Virus record (IMG/VR): IMGVR_UViG_3300045135_000898
Span: 17,971-81,970 of that record
Source: a virus
Reading direction: 5' to 3' (one strand)
Length of the DNA stretch: 64,000 bases
Below the pieces are notes generated by a model. The model saw only the letters and a list, made by a program, of their open reading frames with translations, did not search any database and had not been told where the DNA came from. The position numbers were made by a program, and so were the translations under genes. How positions within the stretch are numbered: the first letter of the stretch is position 1; each line of letters begins with the position of its first letter. Below are positions 26,356-35,696 of the stretch, piece after piece.

Positions 26356-27639
26356 TTAAAGTTTTTCACCGGCTTCAAATCCACGGAAACATTTAAAACG
26401 AGGGAAACGTAAGCTATAAGTACCATCTTGGTTTTGTGTAATGGCATCAGCTTTAATTTCCACGAGCTGACCGATTACTTCAGACTTGGAATTCCAAATG
26501 TTATCGCGGTCAGCATCAGTAAGGCCAGAGCCAACATTAACAGCGATTTCTCGACCAGTATCGGATCCTCGGCATACAAGCGCTCCAGTCGAACCCACAT
26601 ATTTACCAGTGCCTTCTTCAACATCGACGACCTCCAAAGTTACTTCGATGACGGGTTTAATTTTTAACCATGATTTTGTTCGTTTGGTTTCATAAGGCGC
26701 TTCAGGGTCTTTAAGCATAATCCCTTCATATCCACCTTCAATAGCTTTTGCATTAATTTCACGGAAGATACGTTGACCAATTTGAGTGTCGAGATCAACA
26801 GGAGTTTGCTGAACTACCTTAACACAATCTTCATCTTTGACTGTATTTTTAAGAATCTCAGAACGCACTCGTTGAGGAGCAGTATCGGTACCTTGACGGA
26901 ATGAACGATACGAAACAATGTCGAACAAATACAAACAAGCATCATCGGTCTGAACATCGTCTTTACGGTGTACCTGCTTCATCAGATCCTGAAACGAAGA
27001 AGACATAACCTCGCCATCAAGAACGAACGGAGTATCAATAGCATATTTGGATAAGGCTTCTTCAATTTTAGGAAAGTTCGTTAGTCGTTTACCATTACGG
27101 CTATGCATATCAACACGGCCATCTGGATGAACAATTGAGATTACACGTACACCATCAAGTTTAACCTCAACGTACTTCTCTCCACCGATTTTCTTTTCCT
27201 TTGCGCCATCCTTAGCAAGCTGACATGAAAAAACAGGTACAGCTTTATCGCCTGCTACTTTATTCCAAGTAGTCACGTTAACACCACAACGCATGTCTTT
27301 AAGTAATGCACGACGATAAAAGTTATTCCAATCATCGGCATTTACAAGTTCAGCCACACGAGAGATTTCTTCGGCCGCAGCATTGCCTGTAAGAGTACGA
27401 GATGAAAGGTCGTTCATTAAAGACGTAACATATTGAAGAGCATATTCTTCGTTAAGTCCTGCTGAATTGGTTGACTCAGGTACTTGTTTAACTCCGAATG
27501 TTTCATACGTGTCAAGTGCACGACGAAACATTTCGACAAAACCAATAGGAGGATTGTTAATAGCCTGAGTAAGGATTGCTTCTTTGTCAAGCCTGGAGTT
27601 GGTTGACTCCAGACGTTTCATAATATTTGCCAATGACAT
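26356..27639 (-). CDS. 30: ATP-dependent DNA ligase
   Basis: EVKLDGVR, SRNGK, LDGE, EGIMLK, WLKIK, VGSG, SLRFPRF. Confidence 0.95.
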   Translation of the reverse strand: MSLANIMKRLESTNSRLDKEAILTQAINNPPIGFVEMFRRALDTYETFGVKQVPESTNSAGLNEEYALQYVTSLMNDLSSRTLTGNAAAEEISRVAELVNADDWNNFYRRALLKDMRCGVNVTTWNKVAGDKAVPVFSCQLAKDGAKEKKIGGEKYVEVKLDGVRVISIVHPDGRVDMHSRNGKRLTNFPKIEEALSKYAIDTPFVLDGEVMSSSFQDLMKQVHRKDDVQTDDACLYLFDIVSYRSFRQGTDTAPQRVRSEILKNTVKDEDCVKVVQQTPVDLDTQIGQRIFREINAKAIEGGYEGIMLKDPEAPYETKRTKSWLKIKPVIEVTLEVVDVEEGTGKYVGSTGALVCRGSDTGREIAVNVGSGLTDADRDNIWNSKSEVIGQLVEIKADAITQNQDGTYSLRFPRFKCFRGFEAGEKL

Positions 27640-27650
27640 TATATAATTCC

Positions 27651-28034
27651 TTAGAAGTGTGGATCGTAGTAGTATTCACGAGTACCGACAGACAGACCGC
27701 CATCACTGATCTTGATCCAACGACCTGTGTCAGGGTTAACGAATACTTTCTGAAAACCTGAAGAGCCGTCAGTTTTGAATCGGAAAGTATCGAAGTATTC
27801 GCTTGTGCCATCGACGATGTCAAAGTTACCTGAACGATCTTCGTGGTATTTCACTTCGTCACGGCGAACATCAAGGTAAGTGTAAGCACCTTTCTTGAAT
27901 ACGTTAACGATAGTGCCAGGATGACGGTCTGTCCAAGAAAGGAAGGTAGCATGTGTACCTACTTTAATTTCTGAAGTAACCGTGTTAGACATAAGGTGGT
28001 TAACCAATGAGCCAGTCTGAGTACCAAGTTTCAT
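27651..28034 (-). CDS. hypothetical early protein
   Basis: WTDRHP...YYDPHF; follows early promoter. Confidence 0.75.
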   Translation of the reverse strand: MKLGTQTGSLVNHLMSNTVTSEIKVGTHATFLSWTDRHPGTIVNVFKKGAYTYLDVRRDEVKYHEDRSGNFDIVDGTSEYFDTFRFKTDGSSGFQKVFVNPDTGRWIKISDGGLSVGTREYYYDPHF

Positions 28035-28067
28035 AACGATGTTTCCTATTCATTAATTTATGGATCT

Positions 28068-28096
28068 ATTATACAAACTATTAATGAATGTGTAAA
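28068..28096 (-). promoter_or_regulatory. early promoter
   Basis: TTTACA-17-TATAAT; 28049-28077 identical to 1005-1033. Confidence 0.85.
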
Positions 28097-28161
28097 CAAC
28101 TTTTTTCACAATTTTTAGATCAATTGTGAATAAAAAGTGAGACTGTTAGAACGAAATGATA

Positions 28162-28392
28162 TTAGGCTTTTTTCCAAGTATACTCGACAAGACTGTTGTC
28201 TACAAAGATAGTCTCATCTTCAGTATTCTTAATTACCTTACGTACATCAAGTCGTTGGTGCTCATCTAGACGAAGGAAGTGTCCTTCAATGGGTGGTGAA
28301 TCGTAATGATATTGATAAACATCATTTTCTTTCTTAATCGCTGTTGATTCGTGTGTCTCTATGTGTCGGTAATCGCTTTCGATTATGTACAT
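28162..28392 (-). CDS. hypothetical protein
   Basis: ORF with AGGA SD. Confidence 0.65.
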   Translation of the reverse strand: MYIIESDYRHIETHESTAIKKENDVYQYHYDSPPIEGHFLRLDEHQRLDVRKVIKNTEDETIFVDNSLVEYTWKKA

Positions 28393-28432
28393 CTCAGTTC
28401 CTGCGTTAATAGTTAGTGTACATCGGTATTTA

Positions 28433-28537
28433 TCAATGGTACACTCTTGACGCTATGACTTCTTGTATAGCATCATGGATTGCGTGCAGTTCCTGAATAC
28501 TAATTTCCTCAAGAGGGATCTTTCCTTCAAGGATCAT
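28433..28537 (-). CDS. small hypothetical protein, 34 aa (MILEGKIPLEEISIQELHAIHDAIQEVIASRVYH)
   Basis: Manual translation; ATGA overlap with upstream stop. Confidence 0.5.
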   Translation of the reverse strand: MILEGKIPLEEISIQELHAIHDAIQEVIASRVYH

Positions 28538-28794
28538 TTGTACTCGTCCGGTATCAAGTCCGACCATTTCATCAACTTCTGTTTCTTCGCATCCGCGCAT
28601 TCTGTTAGTTCCTCTTCTGTAATATAACCATGCTCAATGAATAAGGCGAGCATACACGCGACGTCGCCTAATTCTTGTTTAAGATTTTCTTCGCTATCAG
28701 GAGAAAGGCCAAACCGTTTGATCTTAGACATAATCATAATAAGTTCAGCGCATTCTTCTCCAGTGACAGTGAATAGTTCGTCTTCTAAGTTCAC
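28534..28794 (-). CDS. MazG-like pyrophosphohydrolase
   Basis: EECAELI...QELGDV. Confidence 0.75.
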   Translation of the reverse strand: MNLEDELFTVTGEECAELIMIMSKIKRFGLSPDSEENLKQELGDVACMLALFIEHGYITEEELTECADAKKQKLMKWSDLIPDEYK

Positions 28795-31322
28795 CCAAAG
28801 AAATCCTCGAGGCTAACAACCTCTTCTGATGTCCAACCGATTGCATCAAGAATTGGTGTAACCGCATCTAGGAATGTTTTGTTGAACATTGTTTCGTAAT
28901 CGATGTACTTATGTAATTGCATTTCAACTGGAAGATAATCAGGAAACGAAATAACATTTTCACGAATAGGATTAGGTTTACGCAAGTAACAGAACTTGAC
29001 TTTATCGCCATTCTGAATCTTTTCGTATGCTTTAAGACCTTTATCCTCAAGCGTGTTATTGTACATCAGTGCGCCACGAACATGAATAGGAGTACCTTTC
29101 TTGTACACCGTTTTATTGTCGCGCCACTTGATTACATCGGATACCCCACGAGGAAATGATACGTCCTCAGGCGGCAACGTAGTAAAGTGATCTTTAAATT
29201 GCTGGATTGCTTTTTGAGTGTTAGACTCTGAACCTGTCATAATTACTTTGAACATATTCTTCATAGCAGAACGACATACTTCAGGAGTACTTGACTTAAT
29301 AGCCTCGATACCCATGATCTTAAGTTTAGGTTCTTTGTACTCAACGCCTTCAGAGTTATGTACATTAAGAATATAACGTTTCTTAGCAGTCCATACACCT
29401 TTATCTGCAATGACCTCACGTTCCATAACCATCTTCTGAGCATACGAATTCATATGTACAGCAAGTTCGTCGTAAGACTTTGCGATCATTGGTTCAAATT
29501 GGTCAGAGACCATCTTATCAACCAAATCAACTACTTCTTTGATTGGTTTTTTGTCGAAGCCAAGCTTTTTAACCAAAGGACCAAAGTTAACGTAGTTAGA
29601 GTCAGTATCAATAGCGATGACATAATCAAATTTGTTTGTACCACATATCTTGTTCATAAAACCGTTAAACGAGTGTTCAGCCCAACGAATAGCAAGCTGA
29701 CCTGTAAGCGTAATACCTTCGGCGACACGAAGATCGTAATAACGGAACCAACGGTTACCCATCGCACCATATAATGAGTTCATCAAGATCTTGGCAGCCA
29801 TTTGTTGGTTATCCAAAGTTGCTACTTGTTTTTCCAACTTATAAACTTCAATCTTGTTTGACTTATCAACGTTCACCAATTCTTGTTGAGCAGCTAGCAT
29901 CTTTTTCTTAGTTGCTTTACGCTCAGCATAAATGGTTTCGATGATTCCTGGAATAACTCCTTGCTTGTCTTTGCGATACAGTGTACCGTTAGCTGCCATA
30001 GCATATTCGTCAGGTCTAGGATTACTAGGATTAGTGCGAGTAAGACAGTTATCAACATTAACGCCTGGGACTACGTCATTTACGATAGTTTCAGGAGACA
30101 TGTTACATTGCATAATGATGTGTGGGTATAGTGAGTTCAAGTCGAACGAAACTACCCAGTCATGCATACCAACTTGTGGAGCTTTAACGTAACCACCTGC
30201 AAAGTCAGACTTCATCTTGTCTTCGTTAGGAGGTACGACTACACCTTTATCATGTAGGTCACGGTATAGAATAGAATCCCAAATCGCGGTTGTACCTAAT
30301 GTGTCACCATAATTGACACCACCGCGGTACGCAAGTGTCATAGCTAAGTTAATCAGACCAAGCTTGTCATCAAGTCGGTAAACAATGCCAACGTCTTTGA
30401 TGTTATAGTCACCAAACTTTTGAGGATCCTTTTCATATAGATCCTGGAGGTCTTTGTACTCTTCGTAAGACAATTTCTTTTCACCAAGTTCGACGTGTGC
30501 GATGTGGTCAAGCTTGTACGATTCCTGAGCCGTGTAAGTAAACTTTTTGTAAAGTTCAATGTAGTCAAGTTCAGTTACACCAAGGATTTCGTAAAACATT
30601 TGTTCACGACCATTTACCTTAATGTTGCGTTGATTGACCTTACCCCAAGGAGATAACTTCTGAGCAAAGTCTTCACCTAGCAAACGGAGGATACGATTAA
30701 TGACATACGGCGTATCGAAGAAACGACAGTTCCAGCCTGAAATGATATCAGGCGTATTAACCGGAGATGACCACCAACCTACGAATGCTGAAAGCAAGTT
30801 AGCTTCAGTTTCGCAATAAAAGTATTCAACATCCATACCTTCAAGATCAAGCTCAGTCTTAGACTTATCCCATTCTTTTAAGTACCAAAGGTAATACTTG
30901 TTTTCTTGGTTATTGCGGTATGCGATAGCGTTGATAGGGTTAAGAGCTTCAGATGGATCAGAGTAACCATCTTCAGTTTTCATAACCTCGATATCGTAAA
31001 AGCCAACGTTCACGGTGTCAGGATCAAACTCGATATGACCTGGGAAACGTTCTTGTAGATGCTGAACAACATAGTTGGTGTTACCGTACACCTTGAAGTT
31101 AGGCATATCTTTGTAACGCTCGATGAAGTCTTTAGCTTCACGCATGTCATCCAATTGGATAGACGAAACCCTTACGCCGTCAAGCGCAAAGGTTTCCGAT
31201 TTTGGATCCGGCACGAATAGTGTCGGTTTGAAACGAACCTTCTCATGGACCCGATGGCCATTCTTATAGCCGCGGTAAAGAAGGTTGTTTCCATAACGTA
31301 TAACTGATGTGTAAAATTCCAA
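28791..31322 (-). CDS. 43: DNA polymerase gp43 (family B)
   Basis: DIE exo I, SFDLNSLYP, KILMNSLYG, IDTDS; C-terminal SLEDFFG; TTG start after GGAGG. Confidence 0.98.
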   Translation of the reverse strand: MEFYTSVIRYGNNLLYRGYKNGHRVHEKVRFKPTLFVPDPKSETFALDGVRVSSIQLDDMREAKDFIERYKDMPNFKVYGNTNYVVQHLQERFPGHIEFDPDTVNVGFYDIEVMKTEDGYSDPSEALNPINAIAYRNNQENKYYLWYLKEWDKSKTELDLEGMDVEYFYCETEANLLSAFVGWWSSPVNTPDIISGWNCRFFDTPYVINRILRLLGEDFAQKLSPWGKVNQRNIKVNGREQMFYEILGVTELDYIELYKKFTYTAQESYKLDHIAHVELGEKKLSYEEYKDLQDLYEKDPQKFGDYNIKDVGIVYRLDDKLGLINLAMTLAYRGGVNYGDTLGTTAIWDSILYRDLHDKGVVVPPNEDKMKSDFAGGYVKAPQVGMHDWVVSFDLNSLYPHIIMQCNMSPETIVNDVVPGVNVDNCLTRTNPSNPRPDEYAMAANGTLYRKDKQGVIPGIIETIYAERKATKKKMLAAQQELVNVDKSNKIEVYKLEKQVATLDNQQMAAKILMNSLYGAMGNRWFRYYDLRVAEGITLTGQLAIRWAEHSFNGFMNKICGTNKFDYVIAIDTDSNYVNFGPLVKKLGFDKKPIKEVVDLVDKMVSDQFEPMIAKSYDELAVHMNSYAQKMVMEREVIADKGVWTAKKRYILNVHNSEGVEYKEPKLKIMGIEAIKSSTPEVCRSAMKNMFKVIMTGSESNTQKAIQQFKDHFTTLPPEDVSFPRGVSDVIKWRDNKTVYKKGTPIHVRGALMYNNTLEDKGLKAYEKIQNGDKVKFCYLRKPNPIRENVISFPDYLPVEMQLHKYIDYETMFNKTFLDAVTPILDAIGWTSEEVVSLEDFFG

Positions 31323-31347
31323 AGCTTACCTCCATAACAATAGTACA

Positions 31348-31376
31348 ATTATATCAAAGGATGAGGCTGATGTATA
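31348..31376 (-). promoter_or_regulatory. early promoter for gene 43
   Basis: TATACA-17-TATAAT. Confidence 0.7.
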
Positions 31377-31381
31377 TAGTT

Positions 31382-31669
31382 TTACACAATTATTTTCTGG
31401 TCTGGTACCACGATCTGAGATGGGTTAACGGCTTCAACGTACTGTTTAGCCATTTCTTCAACTGGGTTGATAACGAACATGATTGCATCAGTTTTAACAG
31501 TAACTGAATCGTCTGCGTTATACGGCATCCAAGAAGCAAACGTTAGACGACCTTCTTGCATAGGAATTAGTAGGAGTGGGTTTTTCAAAGTTACAGATGA
31601 ACCTTCCTGGGTTACTTCTGCGATTACTTCTTCACCTGTGGTTAGGCGTGTGATCTGTACTGTAGACAT
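31382..31669 (-). CDS. Sm-like fold hypothetical protein
   Basis: RLTTGEEVIAEV...LKNP...WMPY pattern. Confidence 0.65.
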   Translation of the reverse strand: MSTVQITRLTTGEEVIAEVTQEGSSVTLKNPLLLIPMQEGRLTFASWMPYNADDSVTVKTDAIMFVINPVEEMAKQYVEAVNPSQIVVPDQKIIV

Positions 31670-31772
31670 AATATATCCTCAAGATAAAATAGAGGCCGAC
31701 CAATTCGACCTCTGTGCATTATTTATTTACCAAACAATTCATCATATTCTTCGTTGGTATAAGGCCACATAA

Positions 31773-31994
31773 TTAGTCCTTTTTAGAAACGAATGAATAT
31801 AGTTCTTTTGCCTTTTCAGTAAGCTCGTCCATGCTGTATGGTTTCATAGCTTCCTGTAGTTCTTCAGCCGTTTTCTTACCTTCTTCAAACATCTTCTGAG
31901 TGAACTCCATGTTCATCGTCCAAGCGTTATCAAGGTAATCTTTAGCCATTGCTAGCATTTCTGTACGGATTTCGAAAGGGTTTTTATTAGACAT
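31773..31994 (-). CDS. conserved hypothetical protein
   Basis: KNPFEIR.EML.MAKDY...KAKELYSFV; AGGAG SD. Confidence 0.75.
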   Translation of the reverse strand: MSNKNPFEIRTEMLAMAKDYLDNAWTMNMEFTQKMFEEGKKTAEELQEAMKPYSMDELTEKAKELYSFVSKKD

Positions 31995-32028
31995 GTATAA
32001 TCTCCTGTGTGTGTATGTGTTATAGAAA

Positions 32029-32226
32029 TTAAATAGCGGCGATTTCGTCGAATTTAATTTCTTTCTTGCTAAGGATTGCTTTCTTCAATGAGTATTCACT
32101 TACATTGCGAAAGTCCTTATTCTGTGTAACAAGGTAGCGAGCAAGTTCTGCTGCAGCTTGTTCTTCACGAACTCGGATCATGCGGATCATTGCTCGCTTT
32201 AAAGCACGTTTAACTTTTCGTAACAT
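32029..32226 (-). CDS. hypothetical basic protein
   Basis: ORF with AGGA SD after late promoter. Confidence 0.65.
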   Translation of the reverse strand: MLRKVKRALKRAMIRMIRVREEQAAAELARYLVTQNKDFRNVSEYSLKKAILSKKEIKFDEIAAI

Positions 32227-32259
32227 TTTCTTTTCCTGTGTGAGTGTCAGTTACGAAGT

Positions 32260-32267
32260 TATTTATA
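32260..32267 (-). promoter_or_regulatory. late promoter
   Basis: TATAAATA. Confidence 0.7.
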
Positions 32268-32287
32268 CTTTAGTGTACGATTTTTAG

Positions 32288-32366
32288 GTAACTCGGCCGA
32301 GTATATTTATTAACCTTATGGTTAACTTTTATTAACTCATTGGCCGAGTTAACTATATGGTTAACC
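32288..32366. repeat. array of TTAAC/GTTAA and GGCCGAG palindromic motifs
   Basis: ACTCGGCCGAGT palindrome, TAACTC-ATTGGCC-GAGTTA, three GTTAAC. Confidence 0.65.
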
Positions 32367-32800
32367 TATTCGGCTAAGTATTGTTGCTCTTTACTCCGAC
32401 CAATAGGAATCATCTTAGGACGTTTCTCTTCAGGAATGATTTCTTGTAGAGAGATGCTAAGAATACCGTCTTCCATAGATGCGCCCATAACTTCGATGTT
32501 CTCAGAAATGGTAAATGATTTACGGAATTTTTTGGCAGAGATACCCTTATGAAGGAACGTCATAGAATCATCAGATGTAGTGTAGTTTTCTACAGTCTGA
32601 ACCGTAAGTACGCCTTTCTCAAGTTTAATCTCGACGTCGTCTTGATTATAACCAGCAAGTGCCAGTTCAAGAAGGTACTCAGAATCAGTAATCTTGATGA
32701 TGTTATGAGGTGGAAAAGATACTTGTTTGGCGGTGTTCATTCGCTCAAGTTCATTGAACAAACGGTCAAAGCCAACAAATGAAGGGTGTTGTAGAGTCAT
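32366..32800 (-). CDS. hsp20: small heat-shock protein Hsp20 (IbpA-like)
   Basis: GFDRLF, FPPHNI, ELALAG, LHKGISAKKFRKSF, MEDGIL, IPEEKRPKMIPI. Confidence 0.95.
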   Translation of the reverse strand: MTLQHPSFVGFDRLFNELERMNTAKQVSFPPHNIIKITDSEYLLELALAGYNQDDVEIKLEKGVLTVQTVENYTTSDDSMTFLHKGISAKKFRKSFTISENIEVMGASMEDGILSISLQEIIPEEKRPKMIPIGRSKEQQYLAE

Positions 32801-32860
32801 AGTTGTTTCTCCTATTTAAAGCAAGAATTAAATTGCGGACCAGATTATTCTGCATCCGCT
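32801..32860 (-). promoter_or_regulatory. ROSE-like RNA thermometer in hsp20 5' UTR
   Basis: 5' hairpin GCGGA..UCCGC then UUCUUGCU-UUAAAU-AGGAGA pairing over the SD. Confidence 0.65.
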
Positions 32861-32862
32861 AT

Positions 32863-32870
32863 TATTTATA
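32863..32870 (-). promoter_or_regulatory. late promoter for hsp20
   Basis: TATAAATA. Confidence 0.75.
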
Positions 32871-32875
32871 CAAGT

Positions 32876-33880
32876 TTATGGATTTATATCACTAACTTGT
32901 ACATTTTCAAATGCTGAAACTGAGTTAGTAGAACTCAATCCAGCTATTGGACCGCTAGCGGTCCATTGTTTTTCTTCTGTAGTATAAATTACTTGGCTAC
33001 TAAAAGTAGCCGTAAGATTATAAGTTAATAATCCACCGGAATTTGTAATGGTGCCAGTTGTTGATCCATCAGGACCATTGGACCAAGCAGGTACCGTTTG
33101 ACCATCTTCTACCCCATCAAACATTATTGGGCCGAGGTCCCATGTAAACCCAGGAATCACCCCTGTGGTACGAGGTTCAGTCGTTATATTTAGTACGACA
33201 GAAGAACTCATGTTTAACCATGCGTGCCAATCTAAAGCATTCCTAAGATCTGAGCTACGAGTGATTAGATTAGGATCAATGAAAATCTTAGGTTTATATT
33301 GTGCAATATTTTTTGGATCGCCATTATCAAACCATTCAACAAACCAGTCTGGGAAATGAGTCTTTGGGTCAAAGTCGTAAGCTGTGCCGCCAGTCCAAGT
33401 TACCTCTCCAGTAACTGGATCAACTTCCCATGTTGCACGTCCGAGTGTTACGGACCACGCCCAACCATCTGTTAGAGTTGAACCTAAGTAACCAATCCAA
33501 TCTGAAGATGTTTTCATTTGGCCAGGTGCTGTTGCTCTGAATTCAGTGGCAACACCGTAGTCATCATACCAAAGACCGCCTTCGAACTTTCCGTTTGTGT
33601 TTAATGTTGAATCATAATTATTGATCTTTTCTAAGATTTTATTTTGCATCCAAACATGCATATTGTTTGTAGCATAATCAATCAGCTGAGCTTCTTCTGT
33701 TCCGGTGTCACGGGTTAAAGCTTCAACAAATACCTTTGCTGCAGCATAAAAGTTCATCGGATTAAGAGTGAAATCGCCTAATCCGTTTGAAACTTTTGGT
33801 GCAGCTGCGTGAGCAAACCCTTCATTGTAATTGACAGCCGTTAGGGTTTCAGTAAGTGCTGAAGATTTCATTCCCATCAT
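32876..33880 (-). CDS. hypothetical late protein, T/G/W-rich
   Basis: 334-aa ORF downstream of TATAAATA at 33905-33912. Confidence 0.7.
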   Translation of the reverse strand: MMGMKSSALTETLTAVNYNEGFAHAAAPKVSNGLGDFTLNPMNFYAAAKVFVEALTRDTGTEEAQLIDYATNNMHVWMQNKILEKINNYDSTLNTNGKFEGGLWYDDYGVATEFRATAPGQMKTSSDWIGYLGSTLTDGWAWSVTLGRATWEVDPVTGEVTWTGGTAYDFDPKTHFPDWFVEWFDNGDPKNIAQYKPKIFIDPNLITRSSDLRNALDWHAWLNMSSSVVLNITTEPRTTGVIPGFTWDLGPIMFDGVEDGQTVPAWSNGPDGSTTGTITNSGGLLTYNLTATFSSQVIYTTEEKQWTASGPIAGLSSTNSVSAFENVQVSDINP

Positions 33881-33914
33881 TAAATCCTACTTAATATTTA
33901 AGTATATTTATACA

Positions 33915-34166
33915 TCAATCGATGTAAGCGAGAATAAATTTCTCACTAATGATGGCACCTTTAGTACCTTCGTGTGTTACAGGAGCAGCTTCACCCCATT
34001 TAACGTAACACTTTAGTCCAGGTTTTGCTTCAGCTTCTGGACCTGCTGCTAGGATCACCGCTGGCTTAATGCCAGTCTCAACTTCGCCGGTTAGGATAAT
34101 TCCTGCCTTTGTAGTTGATTCACGTTGAACCTCAGTAACGAAAAGATTATCATATGTTGGTTTCAT
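33915..34166 (-). CDS. GroES-like co-chaperonin
   Basis: MKP.YDN..V...TTKAGIIL, V.AAGP, IISEKFILA. Confidence 0.8.
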   Translation of the reverse strand: MKPTYDNLFVTEVQRESTTKAGIILTGEVETGIKPAVILAAGPEAEAKPGLKCYVKWGEAAPVTHEGTKGAIISEKFILAYID

Positions 34167-34167
34167 T

Positions 34168-34581
34168 TCACTTATTGCCTATATTATATTTGGGACACAG
34201 ATTCCAATCGTGTTTATCTTTAAAACCAATAACTTTAATTTGACGCAGTGGAGCTATGTTACTGGCTTGGTCACGATTCACGACATCGATTAGACCCCAA
34301 TCACTTAACAAAGTCGCAATCGTGTTACGACGCTGGATATCATTCTCCATCAGATTAGAAGGCTTTCCATCTAATAGGAACAATTCTTTAAAATGCACAA
34401 TGAAATAGCGACCTTGCTTATGTAGGATATGGCAAGATTGATACAGTGTACGATCTTTTCTTGATGCGACTCCGATACGAGTCAACGTTTCTCGGACTTT
34501 GAGGAAATCGTCCGGTTCATTGATGGTAACTTCCAGCATCATTGCCGGAGTCCATTCAATTGGTTTTTTATTTTCTTCCAC
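34168..34581 (-). CDS. regA: translational repressor RegA
   Basis: EPDDFLKVRETLTRIGVA, YQSCHILHKQGRYFIVHFKE, PKYNIG. Confidence 0.97.
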   Translation of the reverse strand: MEENKKPIEWTPAMMLEVTINEPDDFLKVRETLTRIGVASRKDRTLYQSCHILHKQGRYFIVHFKELFLLDGKPSNLMENDIQRRNTIATLLSDWGLIDVVNRDQASNIAPLRQIKVIGFKDKHDWNLCPKYNIGNK

Positions 34582-34945
34582 CTTTGTTCACCTTTTGCTT
34601 TAACATTTCAATTTGTTCATTATTTAGTAAGGTCAAAGCTTGGCGAGCTTTTTCATCATTATAGCCATAATATTCTTTGACCAATTCAATCGATTCAGAC
34701 TGCTCAGGTTTAAACCATTTTGAGAATCTTTTTCGTTTACGAATTGTATTTATAAGAAAATCGAATTGTAAACGATTGTCGATTTGATGGTATTTATTCA
34801 TCTCGTTGGCATAGAATATTGTGTCGTTAAAATAAGAAAGGCCACGATTGACCATGAATGCCGAGTACTTCTTTTCGGCATCGTCGTCAACCATGATATC
34901 CTTCTTGGTGGAGTTAATTGCATTGAGATATTCAAATGGATTCAT
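34568..34945 (-). CDS. 62: clamp loader small subunit gp62
   Basis: FMVNRGLS..DTI.YANEMN, IRKRKRFSKW; between 44 and regA. Confidence 0.92.
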   Translation of the reverse strand: MNPFEYLNAINSTKKDIMVDDDAEKKYSAFMVNRGLSYFNDTIFYANEMNKYHQIDNRLQFDFLINTIRKRKRFSKWFKPEQSESIELVKEYYGYNDEKARQALTLLNNEQIEMLKQKVNKGGRK

Positions 34946-35526
34946 GATATAGCCTGTGCAAGAGTTTGTAGTCGCATTACATCCATTGCGATATCATGAC
35001 GTGGATCATGAGCAATGAACTTATCATCAAGTCCTTCTGGAATAAACTTATTGCTAAGTCCAGATCCATAAGACATACCTTCAATCATTGAGCGAGTATC
35101 ACGAATAGTCCACCAAGGATATGGTTCAGGTTTACCAATATCCTTCATAATCTGTTCAGTGATAATAGGATCAAACGTATTACCGCGAGTGTAAATTGCT
35201 TTGACTCCTTCGCACCCTTCTTTGAAAATATCATACAGCGCAGTGATTGATAAATCGTCTGCAGTAGGAGTTAACTGTGCATCACGTAGTTCCTTAGGAC
35301 GTTCTCCCCACCAAGCAAGAGTATCTTTATCGATTTTCTTGCCGTAGTTTTTAACTTGATCTTCAACGTCAAATTTAAATTCAACGCATGATTCAACAAG
35401 TTCAGAGAATGAGTAAGGATTTGATGTAAAGCGGTCAGTATCAAACTCAACGACAGCCAAAGATAAAACCGGTAGGGTACTTGGGTCCTTACCTAAGGTT
35501 TCGTAGTCATAAATTGCGCATTTCAT
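34942..35526 (-). CDS. dexA: DEDDh 3'-5' exonuclease (DexA-like)
   Basis: DYETLG, TLAWW, RGNTFD, RDTRS, HDPRHD. Confidence 0.75.
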   Translation of the reverse strand: MKCAIYDYETLGKDPSTLPVLSLAVVEFDTDRFTSNPYSFSELVESCVEFKFDVEDQVKNYGKKIDKDTLAWWGERPKELRDAQLTPTADDLSITALYDIFKEGCEGVKAIYTRGNTFDPIITEQIMKDIGKPEPYPWWTIRDTRSMIEGMSYGSGLSNKFIPEGLDDKFIAHDPRHDIAMDVMRLQTLAQAIS

Positions 35527-35696
35527 ATTATTAATCCTATACCGTGATTTGCGATTGCATTCAAAATAATAAAGATACCAACAACGACTTCGAATAACAC
35601 AAGTACAGTCCTTACGATTGCAACCTTATCGGCTTCTCTGTCGGTTTTACCAGTTTTTGATCCTAACGCTTTTGCCCATATTTTCCACCACATCAT
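35523..35696 (-). CDS. small membrane protein (MMWWKIWAKALGSKTGKTDREADKVAIVRT...)
   Basis: Manual translation; ATGA overlaps at both ends; C-terminal TM. Confidence 0.7.
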   Translation of the reverse strand: MMWWKIWAKALGSKTGKTDREADKVAIVRTVLVLFEVVVGIFIILNAIANHGIGLII

